Assembly (NCBI GenBank): GCA_964607655.1
Contig: CAZSKX010000002.1
Coordinates: 1,325 to 65,324 of the forward strand
DNA from: an uncultured Candidatus Saccharibacteria bacterium
Lineage (GTDB): Bacteria; Patescibacteriota; Minisyncoccia; Phycocordibacterales; Phycocordibacteraceae
Direction: 5' to 3'
DNA length: 64,000 nucleotides
In this document: in pieces, positions 9,769-20,619 of the stretch
Numbering within the stretch: position 1 is the stretch's first letter
Layout: the number at the start of each line of letters is the position of its first letter
The notes under the pieces: generated by a model
What the model was told of the DNA's origin: nothing
Databases searched by the model: none
What the model saw: only the letters and a program-made list of their open reading frames with translations
Translations under genes and position numbers: made by a program

Positions 9769-10839
9769 TTGCCTGGTATACTTCTGGTAATGAAGGGGAA
9801 TGGGATCTACAAGAATTGGCGTGTGATTGGCGCATCGGTTTTCTCGGCTGCGCTCGTTATCGCTGCGTATGCTATCGCGCGTGATGCCGGAGCACCAGCA
9901 TATGTCTTAGCTTCCACCGAAGAAGATTTGCTGAAGCAAATAGCCTCCAAAGACTCTGACGGCGACGGGCTTCCCGACTGGGAAGAGGCTTTGTACGGCA
10001 CGGACCCCAAGGCGGTAGACAGTAAGCAGTTGGGCATGACTGACGCCACCGCTGTCGCGAAGGGACTCATTGTTCCGCAGGCTTCTTTGGGGGTGACTCC
10101 TGAAGATCTCGGGGAACGGAATCAGGTTCTCGCGGAAGACTCCTTGCCGGTACCTCCGCGGGGTACTCTGACGCGGGCAGTTTCTGAGAGGGTTATTTCT
10201 TCCTATACGCTGGCGCTACAGCGAAGTCCGGAGGGCAGACTCTCAGCCGAGGACGTACAGAAACTGATAGCTGAACTTGTTCAGGGGCTCGATGCATCTT
10301 TCGGCGCCCCCCCTGACTTCAAGAAAAAGACAGATTTGCGCATCGTCAAAGCGGGCGACGCGCAGTCTCTTAAGAACTTTGCCGCAGAGGCTGAGACTGT
10401 TTTCCTCTCCAATAAAGCGAAAGTCACAAAGACTCCCGTGGATTATCTGAAGGGTCACCTAATGGAGAACGACCCCACTGCCTTGGCGGGTCTGCAGGCG
10501 CTCGCAATACTCTACCAAGATACCGCCGCAGGTCTTGCGGTCTTGCCGGTACCTGAACTGCTCGCGGACGACCATTTACGCATGGTGAACGCGCTTTCCC
10601 GTCTGGCCAAATTATCAAAAGCCTTCACACAGTCAGAGACTGATCCTCTGACGACCATGCTTGCGTTAAAGCAGTACACTGATGTTGCCCAACAACTAGG
10701 CACCTCCTTTTTAAACATTAATGCATCGTTTAAGAAGGCAGGAGTAATACATGTGCCGGGTGAACCTGGCTTTATGTACGTTGGCTTCATGGATAAGGTT
10801 ATGGAAGACCTGAAGGCGAAAAAGCCGCCCCAACCATGA
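9769..10839 (+). CDS. Secreted or membrane-anchored hypothetical protein with a TSP3-like acidic Ca-binding motif
   Basis: N-terminal signal anchor (WRVIGASVFSAALVIAAYAIA; the start may be the MKGNG Met at 9793); DSDGDGLPDWEEALYGTDP motif; stop overlaps the next start (ATGA). Confidence 0.5.
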   Translation: MPGILLVMKGNGIYKNWRVIGASVFSAALVIAAYAIARDAGAPAYVLASTEEDLLKQIASKDSDGDGLPDWEEALYGTDPKAVDSKQLGMTDATAVAKGLIVPQASLGVTPEDLGERNQVLAEDSLPVPPRGTLTRAVSERVISSYTLALQRSPEGRLSAEDVQKLIAELVQGLDASFGAPPDFKKKTDLRIVKAGDAQSLKNFAAEAETVFLSNKAKVTKTPVDYLKGHLMENDPTALAGLQALAILYQDTAAGLAVLPVPELLADDHLRMVNALSRLAKLSKAFTQSETDPLTTMLALKQYTDVAQQLGTSFLNINASFKKAGVIHVPGEPGFMYVGFMDKVMEDLKAKKPPQP

Positions 10840-12659
10840 AGCCGCGAATCTTTCTAGCAGGGCTTTCGATGCTGCTGGTGTTTACGGTCAGCGTGCCCGC
10901 GAGCTTGCTGCTCATGCCACCCCCTAAGGCGGAGGCGTCATATCCTACTATCGACATTCCTGTCGGCATCACAAACGCCTTATCTGCTGCGTACGACGTG
11001 GTCATTCAGGCAGGAGTCAGGGCACAGGAGGCATTGGTGTACCTGGAGTACCTCAATCAGTACGTATTGCAACCGCTTGCGTTTATTCAATCCGGCAAAG
11101 CAGTCCAAGCGATTACGGGAGGCATACTTACCTTTGTTGCGGGTCAATCTAATGGCACAGGCCAAAGTCAATTTGCGACTAACTTGCTTGGGCAACTTCA
11201 GGGTGCTGGGACTAATCAGGCGCTCGCTTTTACCGATCAGCTGCAAAGGAACCTGGACTCCCCTTATGCAGGAGTAATTTCAACTAGTTTGCGGAGAAAC
11301 TATCTGCAAGAATCAAGTCTCCAAGGATTTTTCAGTGCGAATCGGTCTACATTGGGGAATTTCACGAACGGCAATCCCACGGCGTTCTTGGCAGGTAATT
11401 GGTCTCAGGGTGGCGTTCGCGCCTGGCTCGCGCTCACAACACAAGAGAGAAATAACCCATACATCCTCTTCCATAATGCGGGATATCAGCTCGCGTCGCA
11501 GGTCACGACCGCAGCCTCGTCTGTTGCTACCCAGCTTGGCTGGGGCAAGGGCTTCATGTCGTGGTGTGGTGCAAGTGAAACTGCGCCAGAAGACTTCGAG
11601 TCCTGTGACTTTAACGGGACCCTTGGGTACTGGGAAAACGGACAGTGTAACGACAATACGCTCGAAGGTCAGGAACCTGCAGAATTGCCCGTGTCGCCTG
11701 GCTCGCCTTGTACCAATAAAGATGGAACTCCGGGAGAGATCAAGACTCCTGGTTCGGTCATCAGTGGTCACCTGGAGAAGAGCATGGGACTGAATGCAGA
11801 CAAGATTGCTCAGCTTGGGGACGCGTCTACGCAGATCACGTCGCTCATTGCGGGCGTCATGCAGACAGTACAGCTAGCACAGAGCATTATTGGAGGGAGC
11901 GGGGGCAATCCTAACGCGGGTCTCGCGGGAGTCGGATCGACGTATATTGATCCCACAACTAATGAACCAACCTCGACGCTCGGCAGGTACGGCAGTTTCT
12001 CAGACCCAACGACCTCATATGCGGGCGTAAACAACTGCGCTATCAGCGAAAGTCTAACGACTCAACAACCATCCGATGGGAGTGAGCTGTTGGGTCGAAT
12101 CGCCGGGTATGTTTCCGCATGGGATAAGATCGGTGTTGAGGTCACTGCGGCGTCAACAACCGTACATGACCTCCTTGACCTCTGCACTACAAGCAAAGCC
12201 AATGCACCGCTGTCGATAAGGTCAACCTTTATTCCTAGAGCAGACGCTATTATCGCAGAAGCGAACTACGCTCTGTTCAGCGAGACGGGCGAGCTGACGC
12301 AGCGCATCAGCATTAGTACGGCGTATGAGACTTGGATCAAATCTAAAAGCGCTAAGGCGGATGCTGATGCGCTTATAGCGGAAGTAAAAACCAATCTGGT
12401 AACAGCCTCGAGCACTACCGGCACATGCGACAACCCGATTGAACAGCTTGATAGATTGCGCAATGCCACGCCTACCAGCGACGACCTTCAGAAGGCGACG
12501 TACAATGCGACTATAACGAACGCAGCCTCGACCACCTCATATATGGCACAGTTCAATAATGCCCCGTCACTCCACCTAGAGGACGGAACGTATCTCGACC
12601 AGATGATCGCATTGGCCGAAAATGCCGCCCTGTTAATGCCGTATTGTGAATTGCCATGA
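10836..12659 (+). CDS. Secreted hypothetical protein (607 aa), translationally coupled
   Basis: Cleavable-looking signal peptide (LSMLLVFTVSVPASLLLMPPPKAEAS); Gly/Ser/Thr/Asn-rich; several Cys pairs; no ATPase motif; ATGA overlaps at both ends. Confidence 0.5.
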   Translation: MKPRIFLAGLSMLLVFTVSVPASLLLMPPPKAEASYPTIDIPVGITNALSAAYDVVIQAGVRAQEALVYLEYLNQYVLQPLAFIQSGKAVQAITGGILTFVAGQSNGTGQSQFATNLLGQLQGAGTNQALAFTDQLQRNLDSPYAGVISTSLRRNYLQESSLQGFFSANRSTLGNFTNGNPTAFLAGNWSQGGVRAWLALTTQERNNPYILFHNAGYQLASQVTTAASSVATQLGWGKGFMSWCGASETAPEDFESCDFNGTLGYWENGQCNDNTLEGQEPAELPVSPGSPCTNKDGTPGEIKTPGSVISGHLEKSMGLNADKIAQLGDASTQITSLIAGVMQTVQLAQSIIGGSGGNPNAGLAGVGSTYIDPTTNEPTSTLGRYGSFSDPTTSYAGVNNCAISESLTTQQPSDGSELLGRIAGYVSAWDKIGVEVTAASTTVHDLLDLCTTSKANAPLSIRSTFIPRADAIIAEANYALFSETGELTQRISISTAYETWIKSKSAKADADALIAEVKTNLVTASSTTGTCDNPIEQLDRLRNATPTSDDLQKATYNATITNAASTTSYMAQFNNAPSLHLEDGTYLDQMIALAENAALLMPYCELP

Positions 12660-15403
12660 AGACACTAGCGAACACAATATTTATTGTTGTGGTGTTCATG
12701 CTGACGATGGGGGTGCTGCCTCACCTTTCATTCGCCCAGGCTACGGGTTCGTGCACCACCGCGGATCTGAAGCCAGGCTACTTTCGGGCTGGTAGTGATG
12801 AGTGTGTGCCGGGCGAGCCTCCTACCGGGACTCCGGGTGGCGCTTGTACGAAGCCGGGGCCCAGCGGTCTTCCTCAATCAGGCACATTTGCCGACGATGG
12901 GGAGACTTGCGTTCCTTCTACTAATGCCGGAGGTAGTAGCGCGGCTTCAAAGACTCCGGCAGCTCCAGACGGGAAAAGTCTATTCGGAAAGGCGATGGTG
13001 GGCGTATTAAATTTCATAGCGGGGCTCTGTGCCTGGCTCGTGGCCGTGGCTTCGATAACGCTCGAGAATGTGATACTTCACACGGTCGTACACATGGGAG
13101 ACTACGTAAACAACTTAAGCGCTGTCGGGGTCACTTGGCGGATCTTCAGAGATATAGGCAACATCGCACTACTCTTCGGCTTCGTGGTGCTCGGGCTCTG
13201 TGTGATCCTCGATGTCAACTGGTACGGGGGCGGATACCGCATGCTCCCTAAGCTACTTATGGCGGCGGTTGCACTAAACTTCTCCCTCTTTGCCGCAGAG
13301 GCAGTGATCGACGTGGGCAATCTCTTTGCCACGCAGTTTTATACTCAGATAAACGGGGGGAAACCCGCATCGAGCACGAGCTATAACGACACTGAGACAG
13401 AAGGCATCTCTAACAAACTTATGGCGGTCATGGGTCTGCAGACAATTTACGGAGAAGCATCCCGTAATGCGGCCGTTTTTGACGAGGATTTGACGTCGAT
13501 GACGATTGCTTTCTTGACGATCATTCTCTTCACTATTGTTGCGTTTGTGCTCTTCTCGCTCGCGTTTATGTTAATCGCCCGATTTGTGGTGTTGGTAATT
13601 ATCATCATCTCGTCGCCGATCGGAGTAGCCGGGCTCGGCATACCGAAGCTCGAGGGTCTGGCGAAGAGGTGGTGGAGTGAATTGGTCAAACAGACCATCA
13701 CCGCGCCCGTCCTTCTTCTCCTTCTTTACGTTGCACTGGCGGTAATTACCGATAGAAATTTTATAAACGGGTTTATGAGGGGAGAGGCTGTGCCCAATTG
13801 GATGAGTTTTCTCGATGGTAACGATCTGGCCGGGTTTGGGGGAGTACTCCTCTCGTTCTTCGTGGCGATGGGGCTCTTGCTCGCGGTTATGGTCGCTGCA
13901 AAGAGTATGGGGGCCGCAGCGGCAAGTGGCGCAATGAATCTCGCGAGCAAGCTCGGCGTGGCTGCTCCGCTCTGGGCCCTCTCGGTGCCCCCACGTCTCC
14001 TTGGCGGAGGATTGGGTGCAGCGCTAGCAAGTAAAAGGGTCCGAGCCCTCAATGATCGCCATGGCTTGCTTACGCCGCTTGGTGCAGCAGGACGTCTTTC
14101 AACCTTCACAGGGAGACAGCTACAGAAGAGGACCTACGACCTGCGTAATGCTCCAGGTGCGGACTTGCTAAGGGGTGTTGCTAAAGGCTACGGCATCGAT
14201 ATGGGCAAGGGCGCAACAGTCACACCGGAGAAATTCAGGAAAGAGTACGGGGTGGACGCGTGGAAAGATTGGTATCGAGAATCAGGAGAAGACTATGCTA
14301 AGGCGCAGCGCGAGATCGATCTTAAAGATGCACCCAGTCGTATTAAGACTGCCGAGGCAAATCTTAAGAAGCATAGGGAAGACCTTAAGAAGCCAGGCAT
14401 TACTGACGCAGAGGCAAAGAAGATCAATGATGCCATCACGGCCGAAGAGACGGCGCTCAACCGATATCACCTCGCTATCGCGCAGGCATCTACCAAGCAG
14501 CTCGAGGCGCTCAGTGGTATCAAGAATGCAAACGAAGACCTGGTCAAGCTCTTATCTCCGCAGCAGTTCTTAGCGCTGCTTAAGAGCGATAAGCTCTCAG
14601 ACGAGCAAAAGGAGAAGCTGAAAGAGGCGCGCTTTAAAGAGCTTACCGGCACAGTAGGCAGGCTCACTGCGGCAAAAGGGAAGGAAGGCTACAATGAGGA
14701 CACGAGCGAAGAGGCTGCGCAGGCAAAGAAGGCCCTCAAAGCACTCAGCGACGGTGAACTAACAGCGCTCCCGCCAGACCTGGTCAAGCAGGTGGCCGAC
14801 GAATTCAACGACAAACAGCGAGAAGCCCTCACAAAGAGCGACGCGCGTGCGAGCTATGAGAAAGACATGCTCAAAGAGCGCAGTCCGGCAGGTAAGACCG
14901 ATGCTGCCTTTAAAGCCGCGTATAAAGCCGCATTGGGTACGCGAGATGAAAAAGCCTTGTCGGCAGAAGAGGTGGCACAGGCTCGAGAGGATGCCGTGCA
15001 GGCGATGCTCTCAGACGAAAAGATACAAGCAATCGTCAAAGCGAAGCTCACCACCGCACAGATGGCAAAGTTGGACACCAAACTGCTTACGACAAAGGCG
15101 ATGGCTTCACACATCAACACTGAAGTGATTAGGAAAAAAATTGAAGAGGGCGACCTGAGTCCCGCGGACATGGCAACCTGGGGTAAAAATATTGACGCGT
15201 CCTCGAATGATAAGTTAAAGGTTTCGATACGAAAGGGGACCTTCGCGACTACGGTTGGCCATGACTTGCCGACGAAAGAAAAAACGAGGAAAGCCTCTCC
15301 TGATACCTCCGGAGGAGACACTGAGAACAGCAATCCGAACCTACAGCGTGGCGGCGGGCAGCCACAGTTCTCAAGAGGGAAGAGTCGCCCTGGTGGCTCC
15401 TAG
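12656..15403 (+). CDS. Large polytopic membrane protein: signal peptide, Cys-containing ectodomain, at least 6 TM helices, about 450-aa Lys/Ala/Glu-rich coiled-coil tail (VirB6/TrbL-like architecture)
   Basis: 915 aa; signal MKTLANTIFIVVVFMLTMGVLPHLSFAQA; 4-Cys ectodomain; hydrophobic block of about 330 aa with charged loops; C-terminal low-complexity KA/EA coiled coil ending in a Gly-rich tail. The architecture resembles the VirB6/TrbL channel proteins of type IV secretion. Confidence 0.45.
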   Translation: MKTLANTIFIVVVFMLTMGVLPHLSFAQATGSCTTADLKPGYFRAGSDECVPGEPPTGTPGGACTKPGPSGLPQSGTFADDGETCVPSTNAGGSSAASKTPAAPDGKSLFGKAMVGVLNFIAGLCAWLVAVASITLENVILHTVVHMGDYVNNLSAVGVTWRIFRDIGNIALLFGFVVLGLCVILDVNWYGGGYRMLPKLLMAAVALNFSLFAAEAVIDVGNLFATQFYTQINGGKPASSTSYNDTETEGISNKLMAVMGLQTIYGEASRNAAVFDEDLTSMTIAFLTIILFTIVAFVLFSLAFMLIARFVVLVIIIISSPIGVAGLGIPKLEGLAKRWWSELVKQTITAPVLLLLLYVALAVITDRNFINGFMRGEAVPNWMSFLDGNDLAGFGGVLLSFFVAMGLLLAVMVAAKSMGAAAASGAMNLASKLGVAAPLWALSVPPRLLGGGLGAALASKRVRALNDRHGLLTPLGAAGRLSTFTGRQLQKRTYDLRNAPGADLLRGVAKGYGIDMGKGATVTPEKFRKEYGVDAWKDWYRESGEDYAKAQREIDLKDAPSRIKTAEANLKKHREDLKKPGITDAEAKKINDAITAEETALNRYHLAIAQASTKQLEALSGIKNANEDLVKLLSPQQFLALLKSDKLSDEQKEKLKEARFKELTGTVGRLTAAKGKEGYNEDTSEEAAQAKKALKALSDGELTALPPDLVKQVADEFNDKQREALTKSDARASYEKDMLKERSPAGKTDAAFKAAYKAALGTRDEKALSAEEVAQAREDAVQAMLSDEKIQAIVKAKLTTAQMAKLDTKLLTTKAMASHINTEVIRKKIEEGDLSPADMATWGKNIDASSNDKLKVSIRKGTFATTVGHDLPTKEKTRKASPDTSGGDTENSNPNLQRGGGQPQFSRGKSRPGGS

Positions 15404-15409
15404 TAGCGT

Positions 15410-16450
15410 ATGACGACCAAACCTTTTGCAATTGAAGATGTAATAGCGGCATACAAGAACGCCTCAGTGGAGGCGAGGGATGTCTTCAATGACGAAAAGA
15501 CAACCGACATTTTGGTCGCTCTTGACGATGAGCTGCGTCTTGATGACGACCAGGCGTTTATTCTTGGGCGAGAAGTTGGGTATGTGCTTATTGGGCTCAC
15601 CGACCAGAATGATTTTACCGATCGGCTTAAAGCAGCAGGGTTCTCTCCCGACATGGTCAACGCTATTCTCTTCGAGGTGATGAAGAAGATCTTCTTGCCG
15701 CTCAGTAAGCAGTTGAACGGCCAGCTTAAGAAGAATCCGGCGCTTGCAAACGTGGTGCCACAGAAGACTGAGGGAGAGAAAGAGTCTGGAGAGGTGTCGA
15801 CCCCGTTGACTCCGCCGCTAAAGCCGAACCCTGTGACGATCTCGGTGCCGCGCTACATGAGTGCGCCTCCGCTACAGTCGCCACTGTATATTCGAAACGA
15901 ATCAAAAGTTCCTCAGATTGACGGCGCGGTCTTGCCACAGAAGATGACGACGCCGCGCGCGGCGGTCACCTTAGGAGTAAACGATATCGAGCCTTTGGTG
16001 AAGATTACGCGTACGCCGTCTGTGCCGCCACAACCCCAGGCACCAAAGGCTCCGGTCGGGGGAGCGCAGTCACCAGCTCAACCAAGGCCTACGCCGCGTA
16101 CACCGCTTCCCACTATTCCGACTATCGCTCCGGTGGCGGAGCTGCCGCTCGGGGAAGGGGCGCCTGTAGTGAGACCCGCTCCAGTAGTTCCCATAAAGCC
16201 AGTGCAAATGCCCGCGGTCCAACCGAGCGCTCCCGCCAAACCCATTCAGGTCCCCCCGATGCCGGCCGTGCCAGCACAGCCTCCTGTCGCGGCACAAACG
16301 CGCCCTAATCCCCCAGCGCCTCCAGTCGCGCCGACACTGCCACCTGCAGCCCCAGCTGCACCTAAGGCGCCCGTGCCCCAGCAAGCCGCCGTGGCAAAAG
16401 CGCAGACAGCCGACCCGTATCGAGAGCCGATCGACCAGAAGGACCTCTAG
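15410..16450 (+). CDS. Hypothetical protein with a globular N-domain (about 110 aa) and a roughly 230-aa proline-rich PxxP low-complexity tail
   Basis: 346 aa; the C-terminal two-thirds is dominated by P/A/V/Q (PVAPTLPPAAPAAPKAPVPQQAAV...); last gene of the 9769-16450 cluster. Confidence 0.5.
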   Translation: MTTKPFAIEDVIAAYKNASVEARDVFNDEKTTDILVALDDELRLDDDQAFILGREVGYVLIGLTDQNDFTDRLKAAGFSPDMVNAILFEVMKKIFLPLSKQLNGQLKKNPALANVVPQKTEGEKESGEVSTPLTPPLKPNPVTISVPRYMSAPPLQSPLYIRNESKVPQIDGAVLPQKMTTPRAAVTLGVNDIEPLVKITRTPSVPPQPQAPKAPVGGAQSPAQPRPTPRTPLPTIPTIAPVAELPLGEGAPVVRPAPVVPIKPVQMPAVQPSAPAKPIQVPPMPAVPAQPPVAAQTRPNPPAPPVAPTLPPAAPAAPKAPVPQQAAVAKAQTADPYREPIDQKDL

Positions 16451-16454
16451 CTGG

Positions 16455-16483
16455 TTGCATATTTAGAGTCTTTCCTTTATATT
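16455..16483 (+). promoter_or_regulatory. Candidate sigma70-type promoter (TTGCAT-N17-TATATT) upstream of rpsL
   Basis: Good -35/-10 hexamers with exact 17-nt spacing, about 35 nt upstream of the rpsL GTG. Confidence 0.35.
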
Positions 16484-16488
16484 GCATA

Positions 16489-16516
16489 GGACCCACCTCG
16501 TGGGGTCTTATTTTTA
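16489..16516 (+). promoter_or_regulatory. Leader hairpin plus U-run immediately 5' of the rpsL start (terminator of the upstream cluster or an attenuator-like leader)
   Basis: ggacccacctcgtggggtc stem with one bulge, followed by ttattttta, ending 2 nt before the rpsL GTG. Confidence 0.35.
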
Positions 16517-16517
16517 C

Positions 16518-16928
16518 GTGGCAACCATTAATCAGCTGACCAAGAAGCGCCGTCGCTCCACCGCTCGCAAGAGCAAGGTGGTGGCTCTTACGCGTGGCTT
16601 CAATACGCTGAAGAATCGTCCGACCTTTTACGCATCGCCCTTTAAGCGCGGTGTTTGCACGAAGGTCACCACCAAGACCCCTCGTAAGCCTAACTCAGCT
16701 ATTCGTAAGATCGCCCGCGTACGCCTCACCAACGGCATGGAAGTCACCGCCTACATCCCAGGCGAGGGACACAACCTCCAGGAGCACTCAGTCGTATTGC
16801 TCCGCGGTGGCCGTGTGAAGGACATCGGTGTCCAGTACACGATCGTACGCGGCAAGCTCGACACTGCAGGTCTCGAGAAGCGCCGTCGCGGCCGCTCTCG
16901 TTACGGTGCTAAGAAGCCTAAAGCCTAA
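16518..16928 (+). CDS. rpsL: 30S ribosomal protein S12
   Basis: [13 protein letters not shown]...[49 protein letters not shown] is a canonical S12 sequence; GTG start. The track ORF from 16482 is an upstream in-frame extension. Confidence 0.92.
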   Translation: MATINQLTKKRRRSTARKSKVVALTRGFNTLKNRPTFYASPFKRGVCTKVTTKTPRKPNSAIRKIARVRLTNGMEVTAYIPGEGHNLQEHSVVLLRGGRVKDIGVQYTIVRGKLDTAGLEKRRRGRSRYGAKKPKA

Positions 16929-16933
16929 CTACT

Positions 16934-17398
16934 ATGCGACGTCCCCTTAAGAAGAAGCGCAGCTGGAGCCCCGACCTTACCTACGGGTCAGAGACACTCA
17001 CCCGTTTTATTAATGCAGTCATGTGGAGTGGCAAGAAGGATACGGCACGCGCTGTCGTCTACGATGCCCTCGATAAGATCAAAGAGGGTGGGGCGGATCC
17101 TCTCGAGACCTTTGAGGCAGCGCTCCGCAACGTCTCTCCGCTGATGGAAGTTCGTTCACGTCGCGTTGGAGGTGCTAACTACCAGGTCCCGCGCGAGGTG
17201 CCGCAGAACCGCCGCATGGCGCTGGCATTCCGCTGGCTGATCAACGCCGCGCGCAGCAAGAAGGGTCAGCCGATGGCCGACAAGCTTGCTAACGAACTCC
17301 TCCTCGCTGCCAAGAACGAGGGCGACGCGATCAAGAAGCGTGACGAAATGCACCGCATGGCAGAAGCCAACAAGGCCTTCGCCCACTTCGCCTGGTAA
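16934..17398 (+). CDS. rpsG: 30S ribosomal protein S7
   Basis: S7 hallmarks (FINAVMWSGKKDTARAVVYDAL, EVRSRRVGGANYQVP), directly after rpsL. Confidence 0.92.
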   Translation: MRRPLKKKRSWSPDLTYGSETLTRFINAVMWSGKKDTARAVVYDALDKIKEGGADPLETFEAALRNVSPLMEVRSRRVGGANYQVPREVPQNRRMALAFRWLINAARSKKGQPMADKLANELLLAAKNEGDAIKKRDEMHRMAEANKAFAHFAW

Positions 17399-17419
17399 CA
17401 CATACCGAACGTTCGATTC

Positions 17420-17450
17420 GCAAAGCCCCGCAAGGGGCTTTGCTTTTATT
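17420..17450 (+). terminator. Rho-independent terminator after rpsG
   Basis: gcaaagccccgcaaggggctttgc followed by ttttatt. Confidence 0.6.
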
Positions 17451-17510
17451 GCGCAATCAGCTATTGTATAGCCAACGCTTTGGCGCCTTTATTTTTATTT
17501 ATCTAGCTAT

Positions 17511-19658
<2,148 letters not shown>

Positions 19659-19680
19659 TTAGTCTTAGAATCGTCAAACA

Positions 19681-19710
19681 CCGGCCGCCCGAGAGGGCGG
19701 CCGGTGTTTG
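19681..19710 (+). terminator. Rho-independent terminator after fusA
   Basis: ccggccgcccgagagggcggccgg followed by tgtttg. Confidence 0.55.
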
Positions 19711-20358
19711 CGGTATACTGTCGGAATGGAAAAAATGAATTCGAAATATATAGGTATTGCAGTGCTTGGAGTCCTTGTGCTCGGGTTTCTGGGGTACAGA
19801 TTCTACAGCGTAGGCGCGACGCCAGTGATTGACGAAACTGTTGGGGCGACGGCGACCACGACAGACGCCGTCAAGGAGCAGAGCCCCGCAAGCACCGTAC
19901 AAGTGCCGACCAAACCAGCTCCCGCTCCGGTGGTCCAGGCGCCCGTACTGAGCTATTCGGCGGGTTGTACCTCGGCAGCAGGCACCAGTACGACCACAGG
20001 AACAGCCTGTGACGGATCAGCCAAGTTGACCATCACGACGCCGGTAGAGCTGCCGTCCGCGCAGTCGGGCAAGCCCTACAAGGTCGCCCTCTCTACCTCA
20101 GGTGGTCCTGCTGAAAAAGTTAGCTACACGTGGAGCGTTCGCGAAGAAAAGGGGGCTTTCCCGGTGCCAGGGCTAGGGTTTAGCACAATCTACGGCAACT
20201 CAGTCTCTGTCGTCGGCACTCCTGCAGACATGTACTTTAACGGCGTTCGGGCAACGGTGCCGGTGACCTTCACGCTCAAGGTGACGGTGACGGCCGGAGC
20301 ACAGTCAGCCACCAAAGAATTTAAACTCGTGGTCGAACCCGCTGCGACGGGCGCATAG
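19708..20358 (+). CDS. Membrane-anchored protein with a putative Ig-like (He_PIG-type) domain
   Basis: TM anchor IGIAVLGVLVLGFLGY (the start is probably the MEKMN or MNSKY Met); Thr/Pro/Ala linker; C-terminal LPSAQSGKPYKVALSTSGG...YTWSV...GLGF...TFTLKVTVTAG fits the 'putative Ig' repeat pattern. Confidence 0.5.
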   Translation: MRYTVGMEKMNSKYIGIAVLGVLVLGFLGYRFYSVGATPVIDETVGATATTTDAVKEQSPASTVQVPTKPAPAPVVQAPVLSYSAGCTSAAGTSTTTGTACDGSAKLTITTPVELPSAQSGKPYKVALSTSGGPAEKVSYTWSVREEKGAFPVPGLGFSTIYGNSVSVVGTPADMYFNGVRATVPVTFTLKVTVTAGAQSATKEFKLVVEPAATGA

Positions 20359-20619
20359 CCGGCCGGTCAGAATATACGAGTGAAAAAGAGCACGGCGGGT
20401 CAAGTGACCCGCCGTGCTCTTGCAATGTGTGAACAGCTTGCGTATAGTATCTATAACGCATCTTGGCGTCGCTCTTTGGCTTGTCTTGTTCGCTCCCGCC
20501 CACTTTCGGGCGGAGCGGGGTGTGAATCGGCAGGCCTCAGGGTTTGGTCCGATCCACCTAGTCTCCTGAGACAGGCGTCGGATTATTTAATTGTTACTTA
20601 ACAGATAATTATCCGATAT

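Noticed and set aside
15700-16450. Proline-rich repetitive DNA as a possible CRISPR or tandem-repeat array
   Set aside because: No regularly spaced identical repeats. The region is a continuous ORF encoding PxxP low-complexity protein.
20430-20560. tRNA gene(s) upstream of tuf
   Set aside because: No acceptable cloverleaf, T-loop or anticodon arm could be folded by eye. Left as a low-priority unknown structured region in findings.
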